From: Chloroflexota bacterium
GTDB lineage: Bacteria; Chloroflexota; Limnocylindria; P2-11E
DNA: 52,797 bases
Direction of reading: 5' to 3'
NCBI GenBank assembly: GCA_005887995.1
Contig: VBJD01000027.1
Coordinates: forward strand, 1-52,797
Shown here: in pieces, positions 39,175 through 49,571 of the stretch
Position numbering within the stretch: the first letter of the stretch is position 1
Layout: every line of letters begins with the position of its first letter
Made by a program: the position numbers and the translations under genes
Notes under the pieces: model-generated
The model's input: only the letters and a program-made list of their open reading frames with translations
Databases searched by the model: none
Told to the model about the DNA's origin: nothing

Positions 39175-40061
39175 CTCTGCGGGCCGAAGATGATGAGCGC
39201 GCGCAGCGCGAGCAGTCCGAGGAGCGACAACACCGGCGCGGCGACTGGCGGCCAGCGTCGCGCGGCGTCGCTGCGCGACACCGCGAACGGCGCGAGCAAC
39301 CCGAGGATCACGAGGATCCAGAGGACGATCCAGATACCGAGCACCTTGCCGATCGTGCCCGCGATCCCGACCGAGACGACGAACAGCACGACCAGGATCG
39401 CCTCGAGGATCGCGAAGTTGCGGTCCGCCATCTCGAGGCGCACCGCGGTGCCGGCCTCGACCTCGCGCCAGCGAAGGAGCGCGAGCAGCAGCGCGGCCGA
39501 TCCGGTGAGACCGGAGGCGAGGAACAGCCCGCCGAGGACCCAGCCGGCGTCGGACCAGACCGCCTGATTCGAGACGGCGAGCAGGACGCCGGTGTAGCTG
39601 GCGATGAAGAGGCCGAAGAACGTTCCGATCGCGCCCCAGATGCTCCCGAGCGTGCCGCGCACAAATCCGGCGAACGGTGAGAGAGCGCGCGTGCCGCCCT
39701 CGGCGAGCGCGCCGAGGAACGAGACGAAGGAGAACAGGCCGTAGATGACGAGAGCCCAGGCCCCGAGCGACATCGGCGACCAGTACTTGAAGGCGAGTGC
39801 GCCTTCGCTCGTGTCGACGAGCATGTGCCAGAAGCGCAGCGGCTGACCCAGGTCGAGGGTGAGGAAGATCGGACACGGGATGAGCGCGATGAAGCTCACG
39901 ATGTACCCAAGGCGGGAGATGCGCTGATCCGCCGGCGCGCCGAAGATGCGGATGATCGTCGCGATCGCGTACGACCCACCGGAGATGCCGCCGAGCACGA
40001 AGTAGCCGAGGATCCACCATTCCCAGTTCGGCGGCGCGGCGAAGTGCTCGGAGGGTGGCAT
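39171..40061 (-). CDS. NrfD/PsrC-family membrane anchor
   Basis: WEWWILGYFVLGGISGG, DLGQPLRFWHM, SPMSLGAW, YTGVLL. Confidence 0.9.
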   Translation of the reverse strand: MPPSEHFAAPPNWEWWILGYFVLGGISGGSYAIATIIRIFGAPADQRISRLGYIVSFIALIPCPIFLTLDLGQPLRFWHMLVDTSEGALAFKYWSPMSLGAWALVIYGLFSFVSFLGALAEGGTRALSPFAGFVRGTLGSIWGAIGTFFGLFIASYTGVLLAVSNQAVWSDAGWVLGGLFLASGLTGSAALLLALLRWREVEAGTAVRLEMADRNFAILEAILVVLFVVSVGIAGTIGKVLGIWIVLWILVILGLLAPFAVSRSDAARRWPPVAAPVLSLLGLLALRALIIFGPQS

Positions 40062-40933
40062 CAGCGTGGTGTGCGGTCCGCGCCGCTCATGCGCGCGGAG
40101 CGGAAGGCGAGGATGCCGCCGACAAGACCGGCGACCGCGGTCACCGCGCCACCGAGGTAGCCGGGCAGGTTGTTGCGGCTCGGCAGCTTCGCGTTCTCGG
40201 CGTTCGGGAGGTTGTAGACCTCGGGCTTGTCCATGAGGAGGAAGAACGCGTTGAGGCCGCCGTACACCGATGTGTCGCGACCGTAGAGGTTGGCTTTCGT
40301 GTAACCGCCCTTCTGCAGCGCCGCGAGCCGCTGGTCGGCGCCCTTCTGCAGGTCATCGAGGTAGCCGAACTTGATCGACTCGGTCGGGCACGCCTTCGCG
40401 CACGCGGGCTGCATGCCGTTCTGCAGGCGGTCGTAGCAGAGCGTGCACTTCTGCGCGGTGCCGGTCTTCTCGTTGAAGCCGATGACGCCGTACGGGCAGG
40501 CGGAGATGCAATCGCGGCAGCCGTTGCACACGCTCTGCTGGATGAGCACCGTGTCGAACTCGGTGCGGACGATCGCGTTCGTCGGACACACCTCTAGACA
40601 CGACGCCTGCTGGCAGTGCTTGCAGACGTCGGACATCATCAGCCACGCCTGACCACCGGCGATCGGCGTCGGGATCACCGCAGCACCACCGGCGCCCTTG
40701 CCGTTGCCGTTCGTCGATGCGGTGCCGTCCGCGTTCGGCAACATCTCGACGAACTGCACGTGCCGCCAGTTCTGCGCGTCGAGCTGGCCGGTGTTGTCGT
40801 ACGAGTCGGCGGTGAACGAGGGCGGGTTGCCCTCGAGCTGATTCCACTCCTTGCATGCGACCTCGCAGGCCTTGCAGCCGATGCAGATCGACGTGTCAGT
40901 GAAGAACCCGACGGGGCGCGCCTCTATCGCCAT
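40061..40933 (-). CDS. fdnH: Formate dehydrogenase 4Fe-4S beta subunit
   Basis: CIGCKACEVAC, CKHC..CLEVCP, CNGCRDCISACP, KCTLC..ACAKACP. Confidence 0.9.
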   Translation of the reverse strand: MAIEARPVGFFTDTSICIGCKACEVACKEWNQLEGNPPSFTADSYDNTGQLDAQNWRHVQFVEMLPNADGTASTNGNGKGAGGAAVIPTPIAGGQAWLMMSDVCKHCQQASCLEVCPTNAIVRTEFDTVLIQQSVCNGCRDCISACPYGVIGFNEKTGTAQKCTLCYDRLQNGMQPACAKACPTESIKFGYLDDLQKGADQRLAALQKGGYTKANLYGRDTSVYGGLNAFFLLMDKPEVYNLPNAENAKLPSRNNLPGYLGGAVTAVAGLVGGILAFRSARMSGADRTPR

Positions 40934-40934
40934 C

Positions 40935-41729
40935 TCAGAACCCCGCCACGTTGCGCGTGATCTTCGTGTAGCCGCGCTCCGACGCGATGAGGTCGAGCGG
41001 CAGCGCGACGATCTCATCGACCATCGGCACCGCCTTCGGCTCCTTGCGTATGTCCACGGTCACGACGTACGCACGGCAGACATCGCACGCGTCGATCCGC
41101 AGGTGCGGAAGGCGCGACTCGTCCGCGAGGATCGGCTGGCGCGCGCCGCCCGTCTCGCGGCAGCTCACGCAGGTCATGCGCGGGTATGCCCAGCGCGTCG
41201 CGCAGCGCGAGCACTCGAGGAGCCGGCGGCCGGTGAGGAGCGCCTCACCGGTGTCGCTGTGGATCGCGACCTGAGGCAGGCCGCCGCATGAGGGACAGCG
41301 GCGCTCGTCGGACGCGTCGCCACGCAGACGCTCAGCGAGCGCCGGCACTGCCTCGAGCACCGGCGAGGTCGCGGCGCGCGCGAGGAACGTGTCCGTGTCG
41401 TCCTGCGTATCAGCCGCGAGCCAGCCGCGAACGATCGCCTCGAGGTCACCGTCGTGGAAGCGCACGAGGACGGCTTCGCGCAGGCTCTCCGTACCCGCGG
41501 CCATCGCCGCCTCCATCACGCCGGGCAGCGATGCGCGCACAACGAAGGCCGGCAACTCGTCGAAGGCCGGACGTTCCGCTCGCGCGCGCTCGTGCGCGTC
41601 TTCTTGCGCGTCCGCGAGCGCAGCGACGAGGCGGAGCGGTTCGGCCGCGTAGTCGAAACGGGAGGCGAGCTCGTTCGCGCGCGCCCTGCGCTCGGCGAAG
41701 ACGGAGGTGCGCTCGGCGACCGTGCTCAT
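40935..41729 (-). CDS. fdhE: Formate dehydrogenase accessory protein
   Basis: CPSCGGLP, CSRC..W, CVSC, CDVCRAY, LPLDLIASERGY. Confidence 0.9.
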   Translation of the reverse strand: MSTVAERTSVFAERRARANELASRFDYAAEPLRLVAALADAQEDAHERARAERPAFDELPAFVVRASLPGVMEAAMAAGTESLREAVLVRFHDGDLEAIVRGWLAADTQDDTDTFLARAATSPVLEAVPALAERLRGDASDERRCPSCGGLPQVAIHSDTGEALLTGRRLLECSRCATRWAYPRMTCVSCRETGGARQPILADESRLPHLRIDACDVCRAYVVTVDIRKEPKAVPMVDEIVALPLDLIASERGYTKITRNVAGF

Positions 41730-44700
41730 AGCTTCTCGATGTTCACGAGGAACGCCTTGAACTCCGGCGTCCTCGCCCCGACGTCTCCGACGAACGGCGT
41801 GAGCGCGTTCGCGAGCCAGTACTGCGACAGCTTCGGATTCTGCTCTGCCGACACTCCGACGAAGCCCCAGTGGATCGGGATGCCGATCGTGTACGTCTTC
41901 TTGTTGCCCGCGAGCGTCACCGGTCCGAGACGCTTGGTGACGAGCGCGGCGACCTCGAGCTTGCCGCGCATGCTCGAGACGCGCACGCGGTCGCCGTTCT
42001 TGATCCCCTTCTCCGCGGCGAGCTCCTCCGGCACCTCGACGAACGCCTGCGGCTGCAAGCCGACGAGCAGCGGCACGTGCTGCGTGACGTAGTGCTCGTG
42101 CTCGGTGAGGCGGTAGCTCGTCGCGACGTACGGGAACTGATCGGCCTTGCCGAACCGGTTCGGTCTTCCCGCCGCCTGGTCGTAGAGGAACGCGACCGGG
42201 TCGGCCGAGTTGGCCGGATGGAGCGGGTTATCGATCGGCGACTCGACGGGCTCGTAGTGCTCCGGGAACGGACCATCGCCCATCGAGTTCGAGAAGAGCC
42301 GACCGACGCCTTCGCCGTTCATGATGAACGGCAGCCACGCCGCGGGATCCTTCGGGTCCATAGTCGCCGGGTAGTCGGGCACGTCGCCCTGCCAGCGCGA
42401 GCCGTCCCACTGGATGCCGGGACGCTTCGCGTCCCATGGCTTGCCGTTGAGGTCGGCCGACGCGCGGTTGTACATGACGCGGCGGTTGAGCGGCCAGCTC
42501 CAGGCCCACTGCGGATAGAAGCCCATGCCCGTCGGGTCGTTCTTCTGCGGGTCGGCGATGCCGTTCCGCCGCTTGCTGAGATTCCCATCCTCGGTGTAGC
42601 TGCCGGTGTAGATCCAGTCCCCGGCGGTCGTCGTGCCATCTGACTTGAGGTTCGCGAAGGTCGCCATCTGTTTCCCGGTCGTCAGGTCCTTCCCGTTGAT
42701 CTCCTTCGCGATCTCGTCGAGCTCAGGCTTCTTCGGATCCTTGTAGTCGAGCGTGAGCGCCATCATCGGCTCGGGGAACTTTCCGCCTTGCTGCTTGTAG
42801 AGCGTCTTCACGCGGTCGTAGATGTCGGCGAGTGCCCAGTGGTCGTGGCGCGACTCGCCCTCCGGCGGTAGGACCTGCTCCTTCCACTGCATCCAGCGGC
42901 CGCTGTTCACGAACGAGCCGTCCTTCTCGATCCAGTGGGTCATCGGGAGGAGGAAGACCTCGGTGTTGATCTTCGCGGAGTCCATTCCCGGCGCGCGCCA
43001 GAACTCAGAGCTCGTCGTCGGGAGCGAGTCCATGATCACGAGCCACTTCAGGTTCGAGAGCGCCTGTAGCACCTGATTGCTGTCCGGACCGATCGAGGTC
43101 GCGGTCATACCGGAGAGGATGACCCCCTCCATTTTTCCCTTGAGCGCCTGGTCGTAGATCGACATCCACGACGAGTTCACCGCGGGCTTGGGGATGAAGT
43201 CGAACGCGTACTCGTTGCTCGCGGTCGCCGTGCTGCCGTACCAGCCCTTCAGCAGGCTCACCATGAAGTTCTTGTAGTTCGTGCCGAAGAAGTTCCACGA
43301 GTTCGGGTCGCTCTTCTTCGGCGCGCTCGCGGCGACGTACTCGTCGAGGTTCTTCTGACCCGGTGCGGGGATCCGCAGGTAGCCCGGGAGGATCTCCCAC
43401 GAGATCGCGTGGTCGGTGTTGCCCTGGATGTTCGCGTGGCCGCGCTCGGCATTCATGCCGCCGCCGGGCCGACCCATGTTCCCAAGCAGGAGCTGGAGCA
43501 ACGCGCCGGAGCGGATGAGCTGGCCGCCCGTCGTGTGATGCGTGAGGCCGACGGCATACACGATGGTCATGACCTTGTCCGGCCGCCCCATCTCGCCGAC
43601 CATCTTCGCGACCTCGAGGAAATCCGCTTTCGGGATCCCGCTGATGCTCTCGACCATCTCCGGCGTGTAGCGGCTGTAGTGCTTCTTGAGCAGCTGGAAG
43701 ACCGTTTGCGGGTCCTGCAGCGTCATGTCGCGCTTCGCCTTCGCCTGTGTCGTGCCAGTCGGTGCGCCGCCGAGCGGATCCCCCTCGGTCTGATACGCCC
43801 AGGTGTTGATCGCGTAGGTGCGCGCGTCCTTGTTGTACCCGCTGAACAGTCCGTCGGTGAACGTGAAGTCCTTGTTCACGATGAACGAGGCGTTCGTGTA
43901 GTTCTTCACGTACTCGTCGTGATACAGGTTGTTCTGCAGGACGTAGTTGATGAGGCCGCCGAAGTACGCGACATCGGTGCCCGTGCGGATGCGCAGGTAC
44001 TTGTCGGCGAGCGCGGATGTCCGCGTGTAGCGCGGGTCGGCGTGGATGATCTTCGCGCCGCCGCCGCTGCCCGGACCCTTCGTCGGATCGAGCTTCGCCT
44101 TGACGAACCATTGGAATCCGACCGGGTGGGCCTCGGCGGGGTTCGCGCCGTTGATGAGGATCATGTCGGCGTGCTTGATGTCACGCCAGTGATTCGTCAT
44201 TGCCCCTCGTCCGAATGTGGCGGCCAAACTGACCACCGTGGGACCGTGTCAGACCCGAGCTTGTTGCTCGATATGTACGACGCCCAAGGTCCGCATGACC
44301 TTGGTGGCGAAGTACCCCTCCTCGGACGAGAACGCCGCGCCGCCGGCGAAGGCAATGCCCTCCGTGCGGTTCACGGTGTTGCCGTTAGCGTCCTTCGCGA
44401 CGAAGGTGTTGTCGCGTGACGCCTTGATGTTCTGAGCGATCTTGTCGAGCATGAAGTCCCAGCTCTTCTCTTCCCACTTCGTCGAGCCGGGGGCGCGATA
44501 CATCGGCTTCCCGACTCGCCGCGCACTCGTCGCGAGCTGCATCGCCGTCGCGCCCTTCGGGCAGAGACGGCCCTCGTTCACCGGGCTGTCGGGGTCGCCC
44601 TCGATCTGGAGTAGCTGCGTCTTCCCGCCCGATTCCTTCGTGTAGGCGATGAGCGCGCAGCCGACCGCGCAATACGGGCAGAGGGAGTGGACTTCCTTCG

Positions 44701-44839
44701 CTCCAGCGATGCGGAAGTCCATCTGGATCTTCTTCGCCGCGCGGAGGTCGAAGCCAAGTGGGTTCTTGAACGGTACGAGAGCCAGGCCGGCAGACCCGGC
44801 ACCCACCTTCAGAAGCTGACGTCGCGTCAGTTCCGTCAT
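41726..44839 (-). CDS. fdnG: Selenocysteine-containing formate dehydrogenase alpha subunit, Tat-exported, 1037 aa
   Basis: Track ORFs 44249..44839 and 41726..44236 are in one frame joined by TGA: QQARV-U-HGPTVVSLAATFGRGAMTNHW, matching the FdnG/FdoG Sec motif. Tat TRRQLLK, CPYCAVGC..CPKG, RGHANIQG. Confidence 0.95.
44209..44254 (-). promoter_or_regulatory. Bacterial SECIS element
   Basis: Stem GGUGGUCA-GUU-UGGCCGCC (44237..44219) starts 11 nt after the UGA (44249-44251). Possible lower stem GUCUGA/UCGGAC. Confidence 0.85.
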
Positions 44840-44906
44840 CGGCTGGCCTCCGTTCTACTCCCACTACGTCCGGCGTCAAGCCGCGGACGCGCTACCGTTC
44901 CGAACG

Positions 44907-45203
44907 GTGAACGAGTTCTTCGCGGCGCTCGGACGCCGCTGGACCGAGGGGGCGGCCAAGCGCGGCGCGACGATCGCCGTGCCGGACCTCGATCCGGCGG
45001 TCGCCGAGGAGATCCTTCAGCTCGCGCGGGTCGTCGCGCACAGCAGAGAGCGCAGTTTCGCGCCCCTCGCATCCTTCACGGCGGGTGTAGCGGCCGAGCG
45101 TTTGCGCGCAGCGAAAGGTGCGGATGCGTCGACCGTCGCCGCGTATGTGCGCGAGGTCCGCGAGGCGCTCGAGCGCGACGGGTCAGGAGACGCGCGTGCC
45201 TGA
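44907..45203 (+). CDS. DUF6457-like small protein
   Basis: ILQLARVVAH..ERSFAPLASFTAG resembles the LDLARxxAH..RPAAPLTTF motif found in molybdenum cofactor contexts (recall). Confidence 0.65.
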   Translation: MNEFFAALGRRWTEGAAKRGATIAVPDLDPAVAEEILQLARVVAHSRERSFAPLASFTAGVAAERLRAAKGADASTVAAYVREVREALERDGSGDARA

Positions 45204-45663
45204 GACAGAGGCCGAGCTCCGGATCGGAGTGCGCTTCGCCTTGTCGGCCGATCCCGGCGAGCTTTTCGCCGACGCGCGCGCCGTCGAGGCCGCGGGCGCC
45301 GACGGCATTTGGGTCGACGCAAGCGACGGCGATCCGTACGTGCTGCTCGCCGCGTTCGCGGCGGTCACGTGGCGGGTGCGGCTCGTCGCGAAGGGCGCTC
45401 CATACGGATCTCCGTACGCGGTCGGACAGGAGACCTGTAGGCGTCTTGCGCGTGGTCGCTTCGTCGAAGCGGAAGAGCTGCAGGAGAACTGGATCCACGC
45501 GCAGTTCCCAAGTAGCCGCGACATCTGGCGCTCGATGCGCCGCGCCGCGCTCGACGCCGGCGCTACCGGCATCGTTCTTCCGAACGATCCTCGCCTCATC
45601 GATATTCTTCGCAACCCCGATGTGGACGATGACCGCTCGGACCTGAACATCGCGGTCGGCTAA
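45196..45663 (+). CDS. Short luciferase-like (LLM) family fragment protein
   Basis: ARAVEAAGADGIWV..DPYVLLAAFAAVTWRVRL is the LLM N-terminal signature; only about 155 aa. GTG start 45196 overlaps the upstream gene end. Confidence 0.6.
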   Translation: MPETEAELRIGVRFALSADPGELFADARAVEAAGADGIWVDASDGDPYVLLAAFAAVTWRVRLVAKGAPYGSPYAVGQETCRRLARGRFVEAEELQENWIHAQFPSSRDIWRSMRRAALDAGATGIVLPNDPRLIDILRNPDVDDDRSDLNIAVG

Positions 45664-45700
45664 GCGACGCGCATCACCGCGCGACGGGTCTGATCGCGCG

Positions 45701-45921
45701 CACCGCCGAGGCGCTTCTCGGCGGCCCTCCGCTCCTCGCTGTTGGCTACGCCGGCCGCGGCATCACCGCGCGAGGCGCTTCTCGGCGGCACTCCGCTCCT
45801 CGCTGTTGGCTACTGCGGCGTGGCCGAAGGCCACACGCCAAGCAGCCGGCGAAGGCGAAGCCGAGCCGTACGACGGCCGGCTGGGCGCAAACGCTCGTCG
45901 CGGACTGCCGCCTTGCGCGCC
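45701..45921. repeat. MITE-like palindromic element copy 2, with a partial tandem duplication (45701-45749)
   Basis: 45774-45921 matches the reverse complement of 14828-14984. Central hairpin GGCGTGGCC-GAA-GGCCACACGCC. Confidence 0.85.
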
Positions 45922-45964
45922 TCGCGCAGCGCCGCCGCAGAACGGCGCACCGACCACGACAGGT

Positions 45965-46903
45965 CTACGCCGCCAACTTTCCCGCGCGCAGTTGTTCGCG
46001 GACACGCGGCGATCCGGGGTAGGGCGCGAGGAAGAGCGTGAGCATCATTCCGTAGAACGGCAGATGGCCCAGGAGCTCGAGCCAGCCGAATAGCGGCAGC
46101 GTCATCGTGAAAAGCACCGCCCCTACGGCCATCGCGGGGCGCGTGAGCTGGCCGGACATGATGACCACCCCGATGACGAGCTCGACGAGCCCGGCGAGAT
46201 AGACGAATTGCGGATCGCTGACCTCGACCTGACGGAGCACGTTCAACTCCGGCCGTTGCTGAAGCAACGCGACGGAGAGCGCTGGATCGAGCAGCTTCTC
46301 GGTCAGCGCGTTGTACGCGATGCCGAAGCCCATCGCGATGCGCAGCACCACGAGCGCGAGCTGCGGGCCACGGTCGTGCTCGAGCGCGCGGCGTTGCCCA
46401 AAGAGCGCATCGACCGCGATGGGCCCGCGCCCCACGACGAAGAGGCAGATCGCGGCGCCGAGCAGATGCACCTGCTCGAGGATCGACTCGAGAGAGAACG
46501 GGACCATCGCGATCGCACCGAGGAGCGCGAGCCCGACGGCCGCCGGCCGTGTGACCGCTCCGAGGGCGAGCGCGGCGCCGATCGCGAACTCCGCGAGCCG
46601 CAGCCCCGCGCCTTCCGCGTCCGCGGTCACGCGCAGCGAAGGGACGAACAGCAAACCCTCGAGCGCCGCGGCCATCAGCGCGACCCCGACGAACACCCCG
46701 AGCGCGAGCGGACCGAAGCCCGCGTAACGCTCGAGCTGTTTCGCCCAACGTGGCTCGGGCGCGCGATGTTGCACGACGTACGCGAGCGCCACGGCCGCGA
46801 GTGCGAACGCGAACCCCGCGATCACGGGCGGTGAGACGAGCAACGCGTAGTCGGTGGGATAGCGAGACGGATCGATGAACCACTTCACGTGGTCGAGCCT
46901 CAA
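45965..46903 (-). CDS. DoxX-family membrane protein (duplicated domain)
   Basis: HVKWF N-terminus, two similar halves (E..IG..L..G..TRP), ELLGHLP. Confidence 0.75.
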   Translation of the reverse strand: MRLDHVKWFIDPSRYPTDYALLVSPPVIAGFAFALAAVALAYVVQHRAPEPRWAKQLERYAGFGPLALGVFVGVALMAAALEGLLFVPSLRVTADAEGAGLRLAEFAIGAALALGAVTRPAAVGLALLGAIAMVPFSLESILEQVHLLGAAICLFVVGRGPIAVDALFGQRRALEHDRGPQLALVVLRIAMGFGIAYNALTEKLLDPALSVALLQQRPELNVLRQVEVSDPQFVYLAGLVELVIGVVIMSGQLTRPAMAVGAVLFTMTLPLFGWLELLGHLPFYGMMLTLFLAPYPGSPRVREQLRAGKLAA

Positions 46904-47748
46904 TCGAGCCTCGCGCCGCGCACGCGCTCCGGCGCGCTGTACACATTGAAGCGCTCACCGCGCATGAAACCCACGAGCGTGAGGCCGAAGCGCACGGCGG
47001 TCGCGACGGCGAGCGTCGACGGCGCGCCGACCGCAACGAGGATCGGGATGCCGGCCGCGATCGCCTTCTGCACGACCTCGTACCCGGCGCGGCCGCTCAC
47101 CGCGAGGAGCGCACCCGAGATCGGCGCCGTTCCATCGAGCAGCGCGCGGCCGACCACCTTGTCGACAGCGTTGTGCCGGCCGATGTCCTCGCGGAGCGTT
47201 ATGAGCTCCCCGCTCGCGCTGAAGAGACCGGCCGCGTGGAGGCCGCCGGTGCGCTCGAAGAGGCGCTGCTGCTCGCGCAGCCGATCGGCGAGCGGTGGCA
47301 GCGTCTTCGCGTCGACGATCGGGCCGGGTCGCAGCGGTGCGTGGTCGTGCGCGAGATCGTCCATCGTCGTCGCGCCGCAAACGCCGCAAGCAGAGCTCGA
47401 AAGGAACGACCGCCGCGGCCGGCGCGCTGCGGTCGTGCGCAGATGCACGTCGACGGCGTTCGACTCGAGCAAGTCATCGCGCACGGCGATCTTGGCCTCG
47501 GTCTCGTGCGCCTCGGCCGAGATGCGCAGCGACGCGACGTCGCGGAGCGAGATGATGACGCGCTCGGCATGAAGGAGCCCGAGTGCGAGCTCGATGTCGT
47601 TCCCCGGTGTGCGCATGATGACCGAGAGCGGCTCGCCATCGAGCAGCAGCTGCAATGGCTCCTCGGCAGCGACCTCATCGCCGGTCGCGTGCCATTCGCC
47701 TGCGTCGTATCGACCGATGCGAACCGGACGCGACGAAGCTCGGGTCAT
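46900..47748 (-). CDS. fdhD: Formate dehydrogenase sulfurtransferase
   Basis: EEPL, MRTPG, SSACGVCG, TGGLHAA, EDIGRHNAVDK, VSGRAGYE. Confidence 0.96.
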   Translation of the reverse strand: MTRASSRPVRIGRYDAGEWHATGDEVAAEEPLQLLLDGEPLSVIMRTPGNDIELALGLLHAERVIISLRDVASLRISAEAHETEAKIAVRDDLLESNAVDVHLRTTAARRPRRSFLSSSACGVCGATTMDDLAHDHAPLRPGPIVDAKTLPPLADRLREQQRLFERTGGLHAAGLFSASGELITLREDIGRHNAVDKVVGRALLDGTAPISGALLAVSGRAGYEVVQKAIAAGIPILVAVGAPSTLAVATAVRFGLTLVGFMRGERFNVYSAPERVRGARLD

Positions 47749-47757
47749 ACGCCGATG

Positions 47758-48339
47758 TTAGGAGCGCATCTCCGCGAGGAACGCCTGGTAATCGGCTGGA
47801 GTGTCGAGATCCGCGAACTCTCGATGGTCGTAACCCTCCGCTCGCAGCTCGTCGTCGTCCACGTACCGCACGTCGAGTCGATCGAGGGCGAGCGTGAGGC
47901 GACGGCTGCCGGAGTCGAGAAACGCCGAGATCTTGGGCCGCGCCGAACGCCCATAGACCGCACAGGTCGGCTGGGCGATGCCACCAACGCGAGGGACGGC
48001 CGCCTCATGTCCGGTGCTGAGGCGAATGAGAAGCGCGGCGAGGCTGGGACTGACGCGAGGCATGTCGCACGCGAGCACGAACGCGCGATCATCCGTGCGC
48101 AGTGCTTTGAGGCCCGCCTCGATACCCGCCAGGGGCCCCGAGTTCGCGCGATCATCCGCGACGCTTCGCGCGTCGGCCGGTGCGGCTGCGCCGACGACGA
48201 TGGTCTCTCCGAAGAAGCGCCGCAGCCTCGCGAGCTGCCACTCCAACAAGGTCTTGTCGCCCACTGGGAGCTCGTGCTTGGGCTGGCCCATGCGCGTGGA
48301 GTGGCCGCCGGCGAGCAGGATGAGCGCGGGGCCGATCAC
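47758..48339 (-). CDS. mobA: Molybdenum cofactor guanylyltransferase
   Basis: LAGGHSTRMGQPK, GPLAGI, LACDMP. Confidence 0.92.
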   Translation of the reverse strand: MIGPALILLAGGHSTRMGQPKHELPVGDKTLLEWQLARLRRFFGETIVVGAAAPADARSVADDRANSGPLAGIEAGLKALRTDDRAFVLACDMPRVSPSLAALLIRLSTGHEAAVPRVGGIAQPTCAVYGRSARPKISAFLDSGSRRLTLALDRLDVRYVDDDELRAEGYDHREFADLDTPADYQAFLAEMRS

Positions 48340-49571
48340 GCCGGCGCGGGCATACCGCTTCGCATCCGCTCGAGCCGGTCGACGAATTCCTTCGCGAGCG
48401 CGAGTGACGACGTCGCGGCCGGCGACGGAGCGTTTCGCACATTGAGCACGCGTTCCGCGGTGTCGAACGCGAAATCGTCGACCAGCCGCCCTTCACGATC
48501 GATCGCCTGCGCGCGCACACCGGATGGGCCGGGTAGCAGATCGTTCGCAGTCAGCTCGGGAACGTAGCGCCGAAGCGCATCGAGGAAGAGACGCTTGCTC
48601 AGGTCCCGCGCGAGCTCCGCGAGACCGGTGCGCCAGTACTTTGCGGCGAGCGCGCGGAAGCCGCCATAGCCCACGGCCTCGGCGAGATCGCCGAGGTCGA
48701 CGTCGCGGCGCCGGTAGCCCTCGCGCGCGAAGGCGAGCACCGCGTTCGGTCCGCACCACACCGGTCCTTCGATGCGCCGCGTGAAGTGGATGCCGAGGAA
48801 CGGGAACCGCGAGTCAGGCACGGGGTAGACGAGCCCGCGGATCAGGCCTCGCCGTTCCGGTTTGAGCACCCAATAGTCGCCGCGGAACGGGATGATGCGC
48901 GGCTCCGGTGCCGCACCGGTCATTCGCGCGATCCGATCGGAGTGGAGCCCGGCGCAGGCGATGACATTTTCCGCACGCGCGGTGCCGCCGGTCGTCTGGA
49001 TCTCGACCTCGCTGCTCGTGACGCGCAGACCGATGACGCGTGCGCCGAGTCCGAACGTCACACCGGGCGTGTCGCGCGCGATCGCGAGCGCGACATCGCG
49101 GTAGTTCACGATCCCCGCCTCGGGCACCCAGATCGCGCGCAGCCCGCGCACCGCCGGCTCGATCTCGCGGATCTCCTGCGCGTCGACGAGGCGGAGACCG
49201 CGCAGGCCATTGGCGATACCGCGTTCGTACAGCGTCTGCAGCTCGGCGAGCTCACTCTCCTCGACCGCCACGACGAGCTTGCCGCAGATGTCGTGGGCGA
49301 TGTCCTGCTCGTTGCAGAACTCGAGCAGCAGGTGCCGGCCCGCGACGCACAGCCTCGCCTTCGCCGATCCCGGCGTGTAGTAGAGGCCGGAGTGGATGAC
49401 GCCGCTGTTGTGGCCCGTCTGGTGCGTCGCCTGCGTGCGCTCCTTGTCGATGACGAGGATGCGCCGCTCGCCGCGACGCGCGAGCTCGCGCGCGGTCGCG
49501 AGCCCGAGGATGCCCGCGCCGATGACCGCGACGTCGTAGCGCGTCGCGGCGTCCGCGTCAGCGGTAGGCAT
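48336..49571 (-). CDS. lhgO: L-2-hydroxyglutarate oxidase
   Basis: IGAGILG, HQTGHNSGVIHSGLYY, YPVPD..FPFLGIH, GVRAQA, NAPSPAATSS. Confidence 0.92.
   Translation of the reverse strand: MPTADADAATRYDVAVIGAGILGLATARELARRGERRILVIDKERTQATHQTGHNSGVIHSGLYYTPGSAKARLCVAGRHLLLEFCNEQDIAHDICGKLVVAVEESELAELQTLYERGIANGLRGLRLVDAQEIREIEPAVRGLRAIWVPEAGIVNYRDVALAIARDTPGVTFGLGARVIGLRVTSSEVEIQTTGGTARAENVIACAGLHSDRIARMTGAAPEPRIIPFRGDYWVLKPERRGLIRGLVYPVPDSRFPFLGIHFTRRIEGPVWCGPNAVLAFAREGYRRRDVDLGDLAEAVGYGGFRALAAKYWRTGLAELARDLSKRLFLDALRRYVPELTANDLLPGPSGVRAQAIDREGRLVDDFAFDTAERVLNVRNAPSPAATSSLALAKEFVDRLERMRSGMPAPA

Noticed and set aside
44249-44251. Nonsense mutation splitting fdnG
   Set aside because: The position is the conserved Sec/Cys ligand and a SECIS-like hairpin follows.
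45664-45964. CRISPR array
   Set aside because: Only two imperfect, long units with no regular unique spacers and no cas genes.
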